Shown piece by piece: positions 20,001 through 31,800 of a stretch of 55,022 bases of DNA. Below the pieces are notes generated by a model, which was not told the origin of the DNA, ran no database searches, and was given only the letters and a program-made list of their open reading frames with translations. The number at the start of each line of letters is the position of its first letter. Within the stretch, counting starts at the first letter, position 1. The position numbers and the translations under genes are program-made. This stretch comes from Bacteroidales bacterium. GTDB taxonomy: Bacteria; Bacteroidota; Bacteroidia; Bacteroidales; M50B96. Location of the stretch: positions 1-55,022 of the forward strand of contig JAIPAR010000002.1 in the NCBI GenBank assembly GCA_021739985.1, written 5' to 3'.

Positions 20001-22819
20001 CTTTGACTCTTGCCGGAGGAACACTTCCTTATACCTATGCTTGGAGTAATGGCGCAGACGCTGCTACTAATTCCAACCTGGTTGATGGTTCTTATACCGT
20101 AACAGTTACTGATGCTCACAATTGTACAGTAACCGGTACATATACAATTACCGAACCTGCTGATTATACTTTTGTTGGAAGTACAACTACCAATGTTTCT
20201 TGCAATGGAGTAAATGATGGTGCAATTAATCTATCTATTCAAGGGGGTACTGGAATTATCGGATCTTTTGGATGGTCAAATTTAGAAACTACCGAAGACC
20301 TTGCTAATCTTATTGCTGGTACTTATACGGTTACTTTTGATGATGCTAATGGTTGCGATGGTACCACAGAATTCACGATAACTGAACCAGATGAGTTAGA
20401 AGTTTCGTTAATTAAAACAGACATCACCTGTAATAATTATAATGATGGTACTATTAATGCTACTATCGTTGGTGGAACTGAGCCTTACATTATCAAATGG
20501 AATAATATTCTTTCACCAGAAGATTTAATGGGTCTTGCTGCTGGTGTTTATGATATTGAGATAGTAGATGCTCATTCTTGTGTAGCAACAGCTTCAATTA
20601 CTATTAATAATCCTGCTGCCATTCTGTTAAGTGCAGATATCACTCCGGTGGCATGTTTCCAAGGTAATACTGGTGAAATCGAAATTACAGTTACAAATGG
20701 TGTTGGCCAATTAACTTATGCATGGACTGGCTCCGCTTCAACTTCTGCTATTGCAGAAAATCTTGAAGATGGAACTTATGCTGTTACTGTTACTGATGCT
20801 GGTAATTGTTTCGCTTCATTGGAAGGTTTAATCGTAGTTGAACCTACGCAGCTTACTTCATCTGTTCAAGTAATTGAAGAACAGTGTGTGAATTCAAATG
20901 ATGGGATGGCATTAGTTACAGGTTTAGGTGGTAATGATTCCCAAAATTATACTTACGTATGGAGCATGATTGGTGCTGGCACAACTGATACCGAATCAGG
21001 TATCGAGCCTGGTACTTATTCGGTTACGGTTAGTGATTACAAAGGATGTACATCAGCTAGTGTGTTTACGATTGATGCTGCTGTTCCAATGTCACTATCT
21101 TTAACTGCTATTGATGCTAGTTGTGAAAATAATACCACAGGTAGTGTAAGTGTACTTGCAACTGGTGGAACAGAAGTTTTTGACTATGAATGGTCAAATG
21201 GCTCTTTGCTTGGTAGTACAGGTGCTGTTGGTACAGGTACTTATTTTGTTACCGTTACAGACGGAAATGGTTGTACGGCAACTGGTTCTAAAACTGTCGA
21301 GGCTGATTTCTACTTCAACTTTGATAACGCTGTAAGTTCACCGGTTAGCTGTAATCAGGATGCTGATGGTAGCATTTTAGTTAATTTTGATAACTCACAG
21401 GCAGAGCATTATAGCTTCCAGTGGTATAATGCAAATCACATCGCTATTGGTGGAATTATCAATAATGCATTCACCACTACACTTGCCAATCAGGCAGCTG
21501 GAGACTATTTCCTGGTTGTTACAGCTTATCCTGCAAATGCTTGTTCAAAAGAGTATTCTTTCTCTATTACGGAACCTGACGAATTGTTAATCAGTAATTA
21601 TAATATTACAGATGCAAATTGTTATAAAACCAGTGATGGAGCAATTGATATCACAGTAACAGGAGGAAATGGAGGAAATACTTACAAGTGGATTAAAGGA
21701 GCGAATTTTATTGGAACAAATCAGGACATTACCGGCTTAAGAGCTGCTAATTACCAAGTTATTGTTACCGATAGTAAAGGTTGTTCAGTTATTGGACAGG
21801 CTGTCGTAGGGCAACCTGACTTCCTGACAACTTCATTTGCCAATACAAATGTTAGTTGTTTCAATGCTGGTAATGGTTTAATTAATCTTTCCGTAATTGG
21901 CGGGACCGCTCCATTTACTTATGCTTGGGGTGGTGGAATCACAACGGAAGATCGTTCAAATCTTGCACCGGGTGCATATAATGTGGTAGTAACTGACATC
22001 AATGGTTGTACAACTGCAAATACGATAACAATTACTCAACCTGCTATTTTAGCTGTAACGGATATTAGTCAATCAATTGAAAATTGTGACGAGGTCACTT
22101 TACAAGCTGATGTTACAGGTGGTACTTTACCTTATTATTTTAGTTGGGCAGATAATAATGCCTATGCACCTTTGTTAAGTCAAAATGAAACCATGTTTAC
22201 TGACAATGAAGATGTCTATTACCTGAAAGTCGTTGACGGTAATGGTTGCGTGATTGAGTCCACAGAAATTGTTGATTTGCCAACTCATATTGGTGTAAAC
22301 ATTACTCAAACACACAACAACATTAGTAATGTTTATGGAGCTATTGCAAATGTTACTAATGGAGCTGGAGGAACAACCTATTCTTGGAATACAGGTTCAA
22401 CGCTATCTGTCATTGCAAACCTAAATGTAGGATCAACTTATACTGTAACGGTTACAGATATGAATGGTTGTGAAGACACTGATGACATACAGATTGTTGC
22501 TGTCATGATTACTGATAATACCAATACTCCTGATCAAGATGTTACCTATTTAGAAGGTAATGATTTAATTTTGACAAATGTGGTGGTTTATCCTAACCCA
22601 AGTGCGAACGGAATATTTACCGTTCAAGTTGATCAGATAGATTTATCACATAGCTTCATCAATGTTGTTGATGCACTAGGAAGAATTGTATCTGCTTCTA
22701 TTACTTCTAAGAACTCTCAGGTAGAAATAAGTATTCCAGCAACTGTTGGTGTATATTACCTGCATATTATTACTGAGTCGAATGCTTTGATTACTAAACA
22801 GTTAATCATTAGCGAATAG
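14087..22819 (+). CDS. Giant T9SS-secreted SprB-repeat surface protein (2910 aa)
   Basis: Signal peptide SLA|Q; about 31 repeats of CxGxxDG..GGxxPYxYxW..LxAGxYxVTVTDxxxC (counted by eye); two inserted non-repeat domains; type-A-like CTD VYPNPSANG..GVYYL..KQLIISE. Confidence 0.9.
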   Translation: MRNSTNLVQLPSGNVVFSKVKWVGLMLSLFTLLMINFNSSLAQQCGVSVTFQTSDFNGSDVTCFGATDGSVKALPIGGATFQYQYAWASNTAIPNPGNSQVWYNLSAGTYTVTVTDINMCTAVGTVTLTNPAALSITGVTHQDVTCNGEEDGSISVTGVTGGMMDVNQTYYYYWYLTGNTDVFIPGTGNSTSISNLSGDSYKIVVVDANNCQDSEIIDVFEAEGMTKTGGAITHPSCFNYEDGEIANVIMDGGVLPYSYQWYKNGNILVNETTEGISNIGDGTYTLEVTDHDGCSKSYTFNVIEPAAITANVVLVDAISCNGTNDGSLTVDILPVGGIYDIIWSGLNVNGNTNLTISNLVPGTYSVQVQDNNGCPATGSASGDPSLPGTWTYVNTGINHTFYLAAADYGMIGGTHQISAGDYLGAFVGNLCVGYAVVGADNTVLTAWANDSETGGKDGFDNGDVVEFRLFRPLVDEFVMDNATFEVIPGTVSNGTFYEEGASVLNGLSFQDVYPTSSIAMTLTQPSVLMGSAVPTHVSCNGDEDGSINLTVSGGTSPYTFVWSLNGLVTEDISDLDAGNYIVTITDHNNCETTANATITQPAILSFNGSATITDVACHGLSTGIIQAPAIAGGTSPYTYLWSNAATTSSVTGLNAGTYDLTITDAHNCTITDSYDVNQPAAALAASGITTNINCFGDLSGGINLSVTGGTAPYSFAWSNVAITEDLSNVAAGSYTVTVSDDHSCTTVETFLLTQPVAALSFTNITLSEYNGYGVECPGDDNGSISVSVTGGSEPYNYSWSTGSTLNNINTLSANVSYVLTVTDNKGCTLTTSQTLTEPDALSFTNVNENVHCVNGSNGLINLTVYNGVTPYTYSWSNGQQTQDISLLVAGNYSVTVSDANDCQHVENYTITEPLAISITEDFSDYNGYNVQCNGGDNGEIELTVLGGTAPYFYGWSHDVNATTALVTDLEAGSYTVTVTDAFGCTATEIYTLDEPTAMVVQVTPSPALCNGDDNGSILVNIANAIGDVTITWNGGGPVTIDELNNDSYGILGLSAGTYTVTVQDENTCSAGSAVAATPTGWDYVENTGADHQMIVPVGGLFEIAPGIPVQNGDYLGVFFDDNGDKVCGGFLIYDGVNNSFAVWGDDIFTIEKDGFLEGEAFVWKIFRPFAGEFDAFVTYAPIGGSVFNTNLFETDGTSAITAMNSNIDYGEVNITTAVVSEPEVLEIVSMVAPLIQCHDEVTSITANVEGGTLPYTFTWSGDASITSAITNKIAGTYDVTVTDANACTAIAQKVVNNPDAIVFTIDTDDVLCYGDNTGSAVIATETGGYAPYTYTWEAGPATLAFGTYHVTLTDAQGCTEVETFNINQPDTLVTTAAITHVLCNTAATGQIVLTTIGGTAPYDYEWSVPGNTNTISNLVAGSYSVTVEDFQGCLNIHTIAITQPDPISISQFTISDYNGYGVKCNTSTEGFVNITPAGGVAPYSYEWSDGQTTQNAINLAGGLGVVYDVTITDHNSCTFTSQSYAITAPDALSADAIVTSSFNTNIGGPFNTSCNGLDGEAEVAANGGVGNYSYEWSNGDLTTEIDGLAGGTYTVTVTDANACTITDVITVTTPGPVNVEINHASDYNGFDVACYGGSNGGIQLDWDGGVGEFDIYWVNWGNNSNLNIANQTITVNTFPAGTFYAVIVDANGCAAQSSTITLDQPTEITLPNPAAFAPTCHNGNDAYIDITNITGGFSDGLHPYTASWFFPSNIPFSLGLVHTGLSPDITYTGQVTDGNNCSKLIYVTTPNISEIEVSNIAVTDVLCNGASTGEITADVIGGHGNYTFGTNFAGPYTANETTGLAAGTYTLYVRDAQNCTVNVPNIVVEENSLIVPTEAITHVACNGEANGAITITTLGGIAPYSYIWAAPVNSTNSDIAGLIAGDYTVTITDSESCERSFTYTVTEPDVLEITAAIEIDANCYNAATGQVALTLAGGTLPYTYAWSNGADAATNSNLVDGSYTVTVTDAHNCTVTGTYTITEPADYTFVGSTTTNVSCNGVNDGAINLSIQGGTGIIGSFGWSNLETTEDLANLIAGTYTVTFDDANGCDGTTEFTITEPDELEVSLIKTDITCNNYNDGTINATIVGGTEPYIIKWNNILSPEDLMGLAAGVYDIEIVDAHSCVATASITINNPAAILLSADITPVACFQGNTGEIEITVTNGVGQLTYAWTGSASTSAIAENLEDGTYAVTVTDAGNCFASLEGLIVVEPTQLTSSVQVIEEQCVNSNDGMALVTGLGGNDSQNYTYVWSMIGAGTTDTESGIEPGTYSVTVSDYKGCTSASVFTIDAAVPMSLSLTAIDASCENNTTGSVSVLATGGTEVFDYEWSNGSLLGSTGAVGTGTYFVTVTDGNGCTATGSKTVEADFYFNFDNAVSSPVSCNQDADGSILVNFDNSQAEHYSFQWYNANHIAIGGIINNAFTTTLANQAAGDYFLVVTAYPANACSKEYSFSITEPDELLISNYNITDANCYKTSDGAIDITVTGGNGGNTYKWIKGANFIGTNQDITGLRAANYQVIVTDSKGCSVIGQAVVGQPDFLTTSFANTNVSCFNAGNGLINLSVIGGTAPFTYAWGGGITTEDRSNLAPGAYNVVVTDINGCTTANTITITQPAILAVTDISQSIENCDEVTLQADVTGGTLPYYFSWADNNAYAPLLSQNETMFTDNEDVYYLKVVDGNGCVIESTEIVDLPTHIGVNITQTHNNISNVYGAIANVTNGAGGTTYSWNTGSTLSVIANLNVGSTYTVTVTDMNGCEDTDDIQIVAVMITDNTNTPDQDVTYLEGNDLILTNVVVYPNPSANGIFTVQVDQIDLSHSFINVVDALGRIVSASITSKNSQVEISIPATVGVYYLHIITESNALITKQLIISE

Positions 22820-22830
22820 CAAACTAATAT

Positions 22831-22860
22831 TAATCGGATGGTGGTAACACCATCCGATTA
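22831..22860. other. Intercistronic perfect 13-bp hairpin without a U tail
   Basis: TAATCGGATGGTG-GTAA-CACCATCCGATTA. Confidence 0.85.
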
Positions 22861-22883
22861 TTAAATAAATAAATATTAGCCAT

Positions 22884-25800
22884 ATGAAAAAGTACTACAT
22901 CTTATTGTCACTTTTTATTTCGGTAGCATTAAGTTCTTTTGGACAACAAGTTTTGTTACAGGAGAATTTTAATAGTGCTGCAGCTATACCTGCTGGTTGG
23001 GAGACCATCTTAAACGATGGGACTGGTAATCCTTCGGAATGGGAGGTTGGAAGTAATCTCAGTTCAGCCTCTTTTGTTATTCCTGCTAATGATGGAAATT
23101 ATGCGGTATCTAATGATAATGCTTGTTCCTGTAGTTTATTGGCAGATAAAATAATCACTCCGAGTATTAATTTCACTGGAGTAACCGGCGCATTCCTTCG
23201 ATTTAAATCTTTTTTACCAAGTCAATTATATCCTAGTGATTCAAAAGGATTTATTTTCTTAGTTGATGCTGGTAATAATTTTATATTCGTAGATGAAATC
23301 AATACAAATGTTTCCTGGACTACTACAGAGATTCCTCTGACTGCAGCAAATGGAAATATGCGAATTGCTTTTGTACATTCGGATTCCCTGGCCCTTGCAG
23401 ATTTTGGAGGCTGGGCCATTGATGATGTTCAAGTTTTAGTTCCATATTCTCATGATTTAACTATCACCTCACTTATCTCACCTGTTTCAGGATGTATGAC
23501 AAATAGTGAAGCTCTTGCCATTAGCATTAAAAATGTGGGTACACAAATAGCTAACAATTTTTCAGTAAATTATATTCTCAACGGGGGCACTCCGGTTAAT
23601 CATAATTTTACAAATCTTGGTTTAGCTAGCGGGCAGGTACATAATTATACTTTTTTGGATCCTGTTAATCTGAATGGTGGTGCAGCTAATAATATTGTTG
23701 TTTCAGTTGTTTGGGCCAATGATTTAAATGTTTCCAATAATAGTCTCAGTTCTATTGTTAGTCGCGATTCTACTTTAACGGTAGGTACAATCGAAACATT
23801 TAATGGAAACACAAGTTATATGTATGATGTTGAAGCGAATGCGAAAGCTACAGCTTCATTATCAAATAGTCAGGCCGTTTTAGGTGGCATAAATGCACCA
23901 GGATGGACGGGTGGAGTTGGAAATACAACTGCAGCGAATGCATGGAATGATAATTCTGCGTTTCATTCATCTGTCGTACTAGCTTGTAATGGTGGTCAGG
24001 TTCCGCAAATCAATAAAAGTTTAGAATTAAGCTTTGATTTACGTCAGGAGACTGGTTCATCTGTTTTATACAATTGGTTTGGTGTATTTGTCAACAATGT
24101 ACAAATTGCTGATCAAAATGGTGTGTTAAATTTTAACCCTTTAACACAAAATGCTGATATTTTCGTTACACGAACTTTTAATCTATCCGCATTTAAAAAT
24201 ACCGCATTTACTTTAGAATTACGTGCCAGTACTAAAAATTCAACTGATAAAGTATTCATTGACAATATTATAGTTAATGAAAGAAATGAGTTTGATGCCG
24301 GCGTTGTTTCCATTTTGTCACCTGAATCAAATTGTGGTTTGACTGCTACTCAAAATTTGCAGTTGACAATCAAAAATTATGGACTGACGTCGCTTATCAA
24401 TGTGCCGATTTATTATCAAGTAGATAATGGTACAGCTCAACTTGCTGGTATTTATGCTGGTCCTTTAGCAATAGGTGCAACTAGTTCAACAATTACTTTT
24501 AACAATTTACCGATGAGTGCGTTGGCAAACGCAGGTTCACATACGTTAAAAGTATATACTTTTGTTTCTGGAGACAATCTAAATAGTTCGAATGATTATC
24601 AAATAATTAATTTGATTAATCAGCCTGAAATTGCAATTTTCCCTTATGAAGAAGACTTTGAAGGAAATTCAAACTGGTCCTTCTCCGGTACGAATTCTAG
24701 CTGGGAGATTGGTATCCCTGCAGGTGTCGAGATTACTCCAACGGTTGCAGGCTCTAAGGCTTTAATTACAAATGCTGACGGTAATTATAATTATAATGAA
24801 GTTTCTTATGCTACTTCACCTTGCTTTGACTTTACTTCATTATCGAATGCATATATCGAATTTAGCCTAAATGTTCATTCAGATCCAGAGGATGATGGAG
24901 CTCAAATTCAATATTCTATTAACAATGGAGCATGGACATTATTGGGGACTGTTCCTGCACCTCCAAACCCAACAAATTGGTATTTTGATAATGTAACTTC
25001 TTTAGGAAATACCGGTGGATGGTCTGCTGAGACAAATGAATGGATAACAGCAAGTTATGATTTGGGCAATGCTCCATTTGCAAATGCTGCCAATGTACGC
25101 TTCCGCGTAAAATTTGCTTCTGATAATGATAATACGGGTCCATTAGGTAACGTAGATTATGATGGGATTGCAATTGATAATATTTATATTGGCGAATCTC
25201 AAGCAAACTTTGATTTGAAAGCAAATGGCATTACTGCTCCATCATCAGGTAGTAACTTAAGCAATTCGGAAAGTATATCAGTTTTGGTTACGAATACTGG
25301 TCTCCAAGCAATTACTTCCTTTAATGTTTCTTATCAGGTAAATGCATTACCTGTTGTTACAGAAACATTTAACCAAGCCATAGCTTCAGGGGCTAGTGCA
25401 ACTGTAACATTTTCTACAGGAGCTGATTTCTCTACTGTTGGCACTTATACTATTACAGCAACGGTTGATTTAGCTGCTGATGGAAATGTTACAAATAATT
25501 CAACTAGCTCAACAATCATTAATGAATTATTAGTTAATACCTATCCTTATACAGAGAATTTTGATGGACTGAATCACCAATGGGTATCTGGAGGTGTATT
25601 TAGTAGTTGGCAACTCGTAGTACCAACAGGTACATCGGTAGTTGGTGATCCATTAACAAGCCCTGCTACAGATTTAGTATGGGTAACCAATGCTAATGCT
25701 GGTGGGTATTATAATTCGGAAAATAGTTATGTTCAAAGTCCAGAATTCGATTTCACGAATTTAATAGAGCCCGCTGTATCTATGCGTATTTCGTACAATA

Positions 25801-28800
25801 CGGAACCAGATAGTGATGGCGCAAGACTGGAAATATCAACTGATGGAGGGATTACTTTCTCTGCTGTTGGTGTTCTGGCAACGCCTCCCAATGTTGAAAA
25901 CTGGTATGTAAACCCGGTGGATGCTTTTGGTGGAGCCGCAGGATGGACTGGAACAAGATCATGGGTTAATGCTACTCAGGATTTAACTGCTTTTGCCGGT
26001 CAAGCCAGCGTTATTTTCCGCGTGTATTTTAAAGCAGACGCCAATGTTAGTGATGAAGGATTTGCTTTTGATGATTTTTCTGTAATTGAAGCAGCTCCGC
26101 ATGATTTGGCCGTAACAGCCTGGACCACGCAACCAACAGGTTGTGGTTTAACTAACGCTGAGGCTATTACAATAACTGTTCAGAATAATGGTGTGTTTGC
26201 AGAAACTGAGTTTGATGCAACATATACTATTGACTTGGATGGAAATTTGGTCACTGTTACTGAAACGGTAAGTGGAATTAACCTGGCTCCAAATACCAGC
26301 ATGAACTATACTTTCCAACAGCTTGCAAATTTTGATGCAACCGGAAGTTATGTCTGCTCTGCTACGGTTACTATACCTAATGATGCAAGTGCCGGAAACA
26401 ATACGGTTAACGAGATTATCAACAGCTTTGATGTGATTTCAACTTTCCCGGCTGTTTATACATTTGAAACTTCAGATGGAGGTTGGTTCACAGGTGGTAC
26501 GAATAGCTCTTTTGAGTTAGGTGTGCCTGCTGCAGGTAACACTGTTATCAATGCAGCTGCTGAAGGTGCTAAAGCGTGGGTTTCAAATTTAGATGGTAGT
26601 CATAATGCTAGTGAAAATTCATACCTAGAAAGTCAGTGCTATAACTTCTCCGGCATCTTAGTTCCTGCTATTAGTTTCGATTACATTATTAATACTGAGA
26701 TTTTCAATGGAACTATTGCTTTTGATGGTGCTCGTCTGGAAGTTTCTATCGATGGTGGTACAACATGGTCAGTTGTTGGAAATGTAAATGATACAACAAA
26801 TTGGTATAATTATGCCACTATTAGTAATTTTAACGAAACTCAAGGTTGGGCGGGAACAACAGCATCTTGGACTCACACTACTTATCAGTTAGATAATTTA
26901 GCGAATGCTCCAAGTGTTAAATTTAGATTTGCCTTCAAAACAGACGGATTTAACACCAGTCTATATGAAGGCTTTGGAGTTGATAATATCCGTATTTTTA
27001 ATGATATGCCAAATGATGTAGCTGTTACAGCTATAGCTAGTTTGGATAATTGTGAGTTCATCAATGATGTGGATGTGACAATAACTGTTAAGAATTTTGC
27101 TGTTGGTTATACCCATATGGCAGGAACTCAGATTCCAGTTTCTTTCACATTTGATGGAAATACGTATAATGAGAATCTTACTTTAGCCGCTAATTTAGCC
27201 CCTGGTGAAACAGTAAATTATACTTTTACTGCCACAATTGATATTCCAGCTGCTAATTCTTATGCTATAAGCGCTACAACCAATTTGCAATTTGATTTGG
27301 ATGGTGCCAACGATGAGTTTACTACTTCTTTCAATTCCTATGCTACTCCAATCCTGAGCGAAACGATTACGAATGTAACCTGTTTCGGTTTAATGGATGG
27401 TTCTATAGCTTTAGCAAACAATCCTGGATTCACCTATTTATGGAGTGTTAATGCAAATAGTGCTATCACCGAAGGAGTATCTAATCTAGCTGCCGGCAGC
27501 TATTTTGTTACTATAACAAGTGGCAATAATTGCGTTCTTGAAGCTGGTCCTATCCTTGTAACAGAACCTACGGAGCTTACTGCTTCTGGTGTTTACACAA
27601 ACGCCACTTGCAATGGAGCAAGTGATGGAAGTATTGATGTTACAATCAATGGTGGAACCTTGCCTTATTCAGCGATTTGGAATGCTGGAGCTTATACCAG
27701 CGAGGATTTAAGTGGTATTGGAGCAGGTGTTTATACGTTAGTTATTAGCGATGATAATTCTTGTACCGAAACATTGAGTTTCACGCTAATTGATGCAACT
27801 TCTCTTCCATTAACTGAGGCATTTGAAGGATTAGCTCTTCCTGCTGGTTGGGCTAGAAGCCAACATGCTTCTTCAGTTGGTTGGGAGTTTGGCACGAATA
27901 TCAATCATGCAACTTTGCCGTTCTTCGCTATTCCTGCACATACCGGATATGCTGCTGCTAACGACAATAAAAATGATGATTTTTCTGCTGCATTAAACCT
28001 TGCTACCGAAGATCGATTAATAACTCCACGGTTGGATCTCAGTGGGTACACTCATGTAAATCTGCAATTTGATGCTTTCTTTGAAGGATTTTCAGACATT
28101 GCAACTTTTGAGGTTACAATGAATGGAGGTACGTCTTGGAATACAGTATGGACATTAACTTCAAATTCAGCCTGGCAAGAAGATTTAAGTATCAATCTGG
28201 ATGCTTTCATTGATCATTGCGATGTTCAATTTGCATTTAAATACAATGATGGTGGCGAATGGGGAAATGGTTTTGCGATTGATAATGTATCAATTGTTGG
28301 AACAGTACAACCTCAGTTTGATTTGGCTGCAACAGCTATTATCGCACCTGCCGGAAATTCTTGTACATTTACTGCTAATGAGCCTGTTACTGTTAGTGTT
28401 TCGAACCTGGGAACTGATTTAGCAAGTGGCGCAAGCCTGGCTTTAGAAGTAAATGGTCAAACACTGGCTACTGAAGTACTCCCAAATATTAATAGCGGTG
28501 CTACTATAAATTACACCTTCTTAACCGGCTTTAACTTTGATGCTGCAGGCAGCTATGCTATTACTGCTTCGATTGTATGGGTTAATGATTTAGAGGCAGG
28601 AAACAATACCGTAAGTGGTAGCCTTGTTTCTTACCCAACCATTTCTTCTTTCCCATATATGGAAGATTTCAATGATGGTGATTTTGATGCATTTGCAGTT
28701 AGTAATGGAGCAGAGGCTTCAGCAAGTTTTGCGGGTGGTGCTTTAGTTTTTGCTGGTGGAAATCCTCTTATTGGATGGACTGGCGGAGCCAGTGCAACAG

Positions 28801-31800
28801 CATTAAATGCATGGAATGACAATACACTTCATCAGGCTGCTGGTACCAGCTATTGTACAATTGATGCTACGAACATGAGTAGCCTTGAATTATTGGTCGA
28901 TGTAAAACAAGTGTTTGCAAGTTCACCTACTAATTCATGGTTTAGAGTTTTGGTTAATGGGGCTGCTGTTACTGGCAATTATAACCCAATTACTGCCAAC
29001 GATTCATATCAAACAATTACTGTAGATTTAGATGCTTATCTGGCTGCTCCGTTTACATTGGAATTCCAGACTGCTAATAATACAGCTAATGATAAAGTCT
29101 ATCTGGAGAATATTCTGATTCGTGAAAAACAAGCGGATATTGCCTTAACTGGTATTAGTATTGGGAACCCTGTCTGTAGTTTTACGGCTAATGAAACAGT
29201 TAGCGTCACTTTAGTAAATGAAGGTGGCTTACCGTTAACCGGTTTTGATTTAGCTCTTGCTGTTAACGGATTTACGGTTGCAACTGAGACCTATTTAGGA
29301 ACAATAGCTGTAGGTGCATCTGCGACTTACAATTTTACTGATGTTGACTTATCTTCTCTTGGACAGATTGAATTAGTTGCAACCGCGACTCTCGCTGGAG
29401 ATATTGATAATCTAAATAATTTCAGTAACTTATCAATCTATAATACACCAGTTTATTCAAGTTATCCATTTATTGAAAATGAGTTAAACTTTGAAAACTA
29501 TTGGTTAGCAGGTGGTACTAATTCATCTTGGATTTTCACAAATGGTGTATGGGAGACTGGAGCTGGTGCTCTTAGCTATAATAATAATGAAAGTTCAGCA
29601 ATCACTTCACCTTGTTTTGATTTCACAAATCTTACCGATCCGGTTGTTCAATTTGATCTGAGCTATGTGACAGAAAACAATGTTGACTTTTTGAAATTTG
29701 AATACAGTGTTAATGGAGGTGCATGGACTACGCTTACCAATGCATTAGGTGCTACAAATTGGACCATTAGTTCAGGAACATTTGCTTTGCAAACCTTAAC
29801 TGCTAACACAGGCTTGGGAGGTAATTCATCTGTTAAGTTTAGAGTTTCAATTAATAGTGATGAGGCCGATACTTATACCGGAATTAGCTTTAGCAATTTC
29901 AGAATATTTGATATGCCAGATTTAACTATCACTAGCATTACACCTGCAACTGTTTGTTCAGATGCTGATTTCAATGTTTCGATGACTGTTAAAAATGCTG
30001 GTGATCAATTATTAGCATCTGGGACTTCGCTAACTTTAGCCTATACGATTAATGCGCAAACTACAACTGAAACCTTTACATTAGGAAGCGATTTGGCTGC
30101 CGGTGCTTCCACTTTATTTGTATTTACAAATTCAAGTGTTATCACTAATGTTAATCCATATGCAATTTCTGCTATCGTAACTACCAATTTCGATTATAAT
30201 ACTGCAAACAACACATTTAATGGTTCCGTGGACGTAATTCCTGCTCCAGTAATTGGTGCAGCTACGAATATTGGATTATGTGAAGGCAATTCAATTACAT
30301 TAACTGCAACGGGTGGTGTAACTTACGTATGGTCAGGCGGTGTTGTTCAGGGAGTTCCTTTCTTCCCAACTCAAACTACAACCTATACGGTTACAGTTAC
30401 AAACGCATTAGGTTGTCAGGCAACTTCAGAGGTATTGGTAGAAGTTCATCCATTACCAGTGGCCAGCGCAGGTCCTGAACAATTTGTTTGTTCGGGCTCA
30501 ACAGCTGTTGTTACAGCAACAGGAGGTACAAATTACCAGTGGATAAATGGAGGTAATACTGCTTCATTCTCTTATGTGGTAAATAGTACAGAGACTTTTT
30601 CTGTAATTGTCAGCGATGCTAATGGATGTAGTGATTATGCTGTAGTTACTGTTAATGAATTGGATTTACCAATTGCAACAGTTTCCCTTGATGAAACAAT
30701 TTGTTTAGGAGAGGAAGCTACACTTATTGCTGGTGGAGGTAATTCTTACACATGGAGTTCAGGTGATAACACGGGAACGGCACTAGTGAGTCCTCTTGTG
30801 ACAACAACTTATACCGTTACTGTTTACAGTTTGGAGATGTGTGAAGACATTGAAACTGTTGATATTACAGTTATAAATCCTCCAGTAATTACAGTTGCAG
30901 ATGTAGCTGGAAATCATTGTTACCAAGGTACCGAAGGTAGTATCGATTTGACCGTAACAGGTTCAGCACCTATAACCTATACCTGGGAAAATAATGTTTC
31001 CACGACTAGTTCTGTCGATAACTTGCCAGCTGGAAATTATACTGTAACTATACAAGATTCGTATGGAACTCAGTGCCAGATTGTAGCTACCTACACAATT
31101 ACCCAGCCTAATGGGGCTGTAGTAGCAACTATCATTGATAATTCAGGTAATACTGGTTACGGAATTGGCTGTAACGGTGGAAATGATGGTTCATTGATAG
31201 CATTTGGAATGAATGGCACGGCACCCTTTGATTACGTATGGAATAATAGTGTGAACACTGCGATTAATCCTGGGTTAGAAGCAGGTTCTTATACTGTTAC
31301 TGTTACAGATTTTTATGGTTGTACAGCAACAAGTTCATACATGGTTACAGAACCTGATGCAATTAGTTCAACCATTAATGTAACTGATGTTACATGTAAT
31401 GGAGCACAAAATGGAGTAATTTCTGTTTCTACCTTAGGTGGAGTTCAACCTTATACATATACTTGGGGTCCATCGAATACAATTACTGCAACTGGTACTC
31501 TTTCTAACTTAAGCGGTGGTGCCTACACAGTATTGGTAACTGACGCAAATGGTTGCACCTGGACTGGAGCCACTAATGTATTTGAACCAACAGCATTATC
31601 TTATAACACTGTATTACAATCAAGCTATAATGGTTATGGCATTAGCTGTCCTGGTGGCAATAATGGCTATATTGAGGTTGAAGGTATTGGCGGTAATGGG
31701 AATTATAGTTTCAATTGGAGTCAAGGTGCAACTTCAGCATCACTTACTAATCTGACTGCTGGAACTTATACTGTTACCATTACAGATGCGAAAGACTGTT

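Noticed and set aside
14087-22819. Naming either giant gene sprB
   Set aside because: The repeats are SprB-type, but the CTD looks type A and the sprC/sprD/sprF context is absent.
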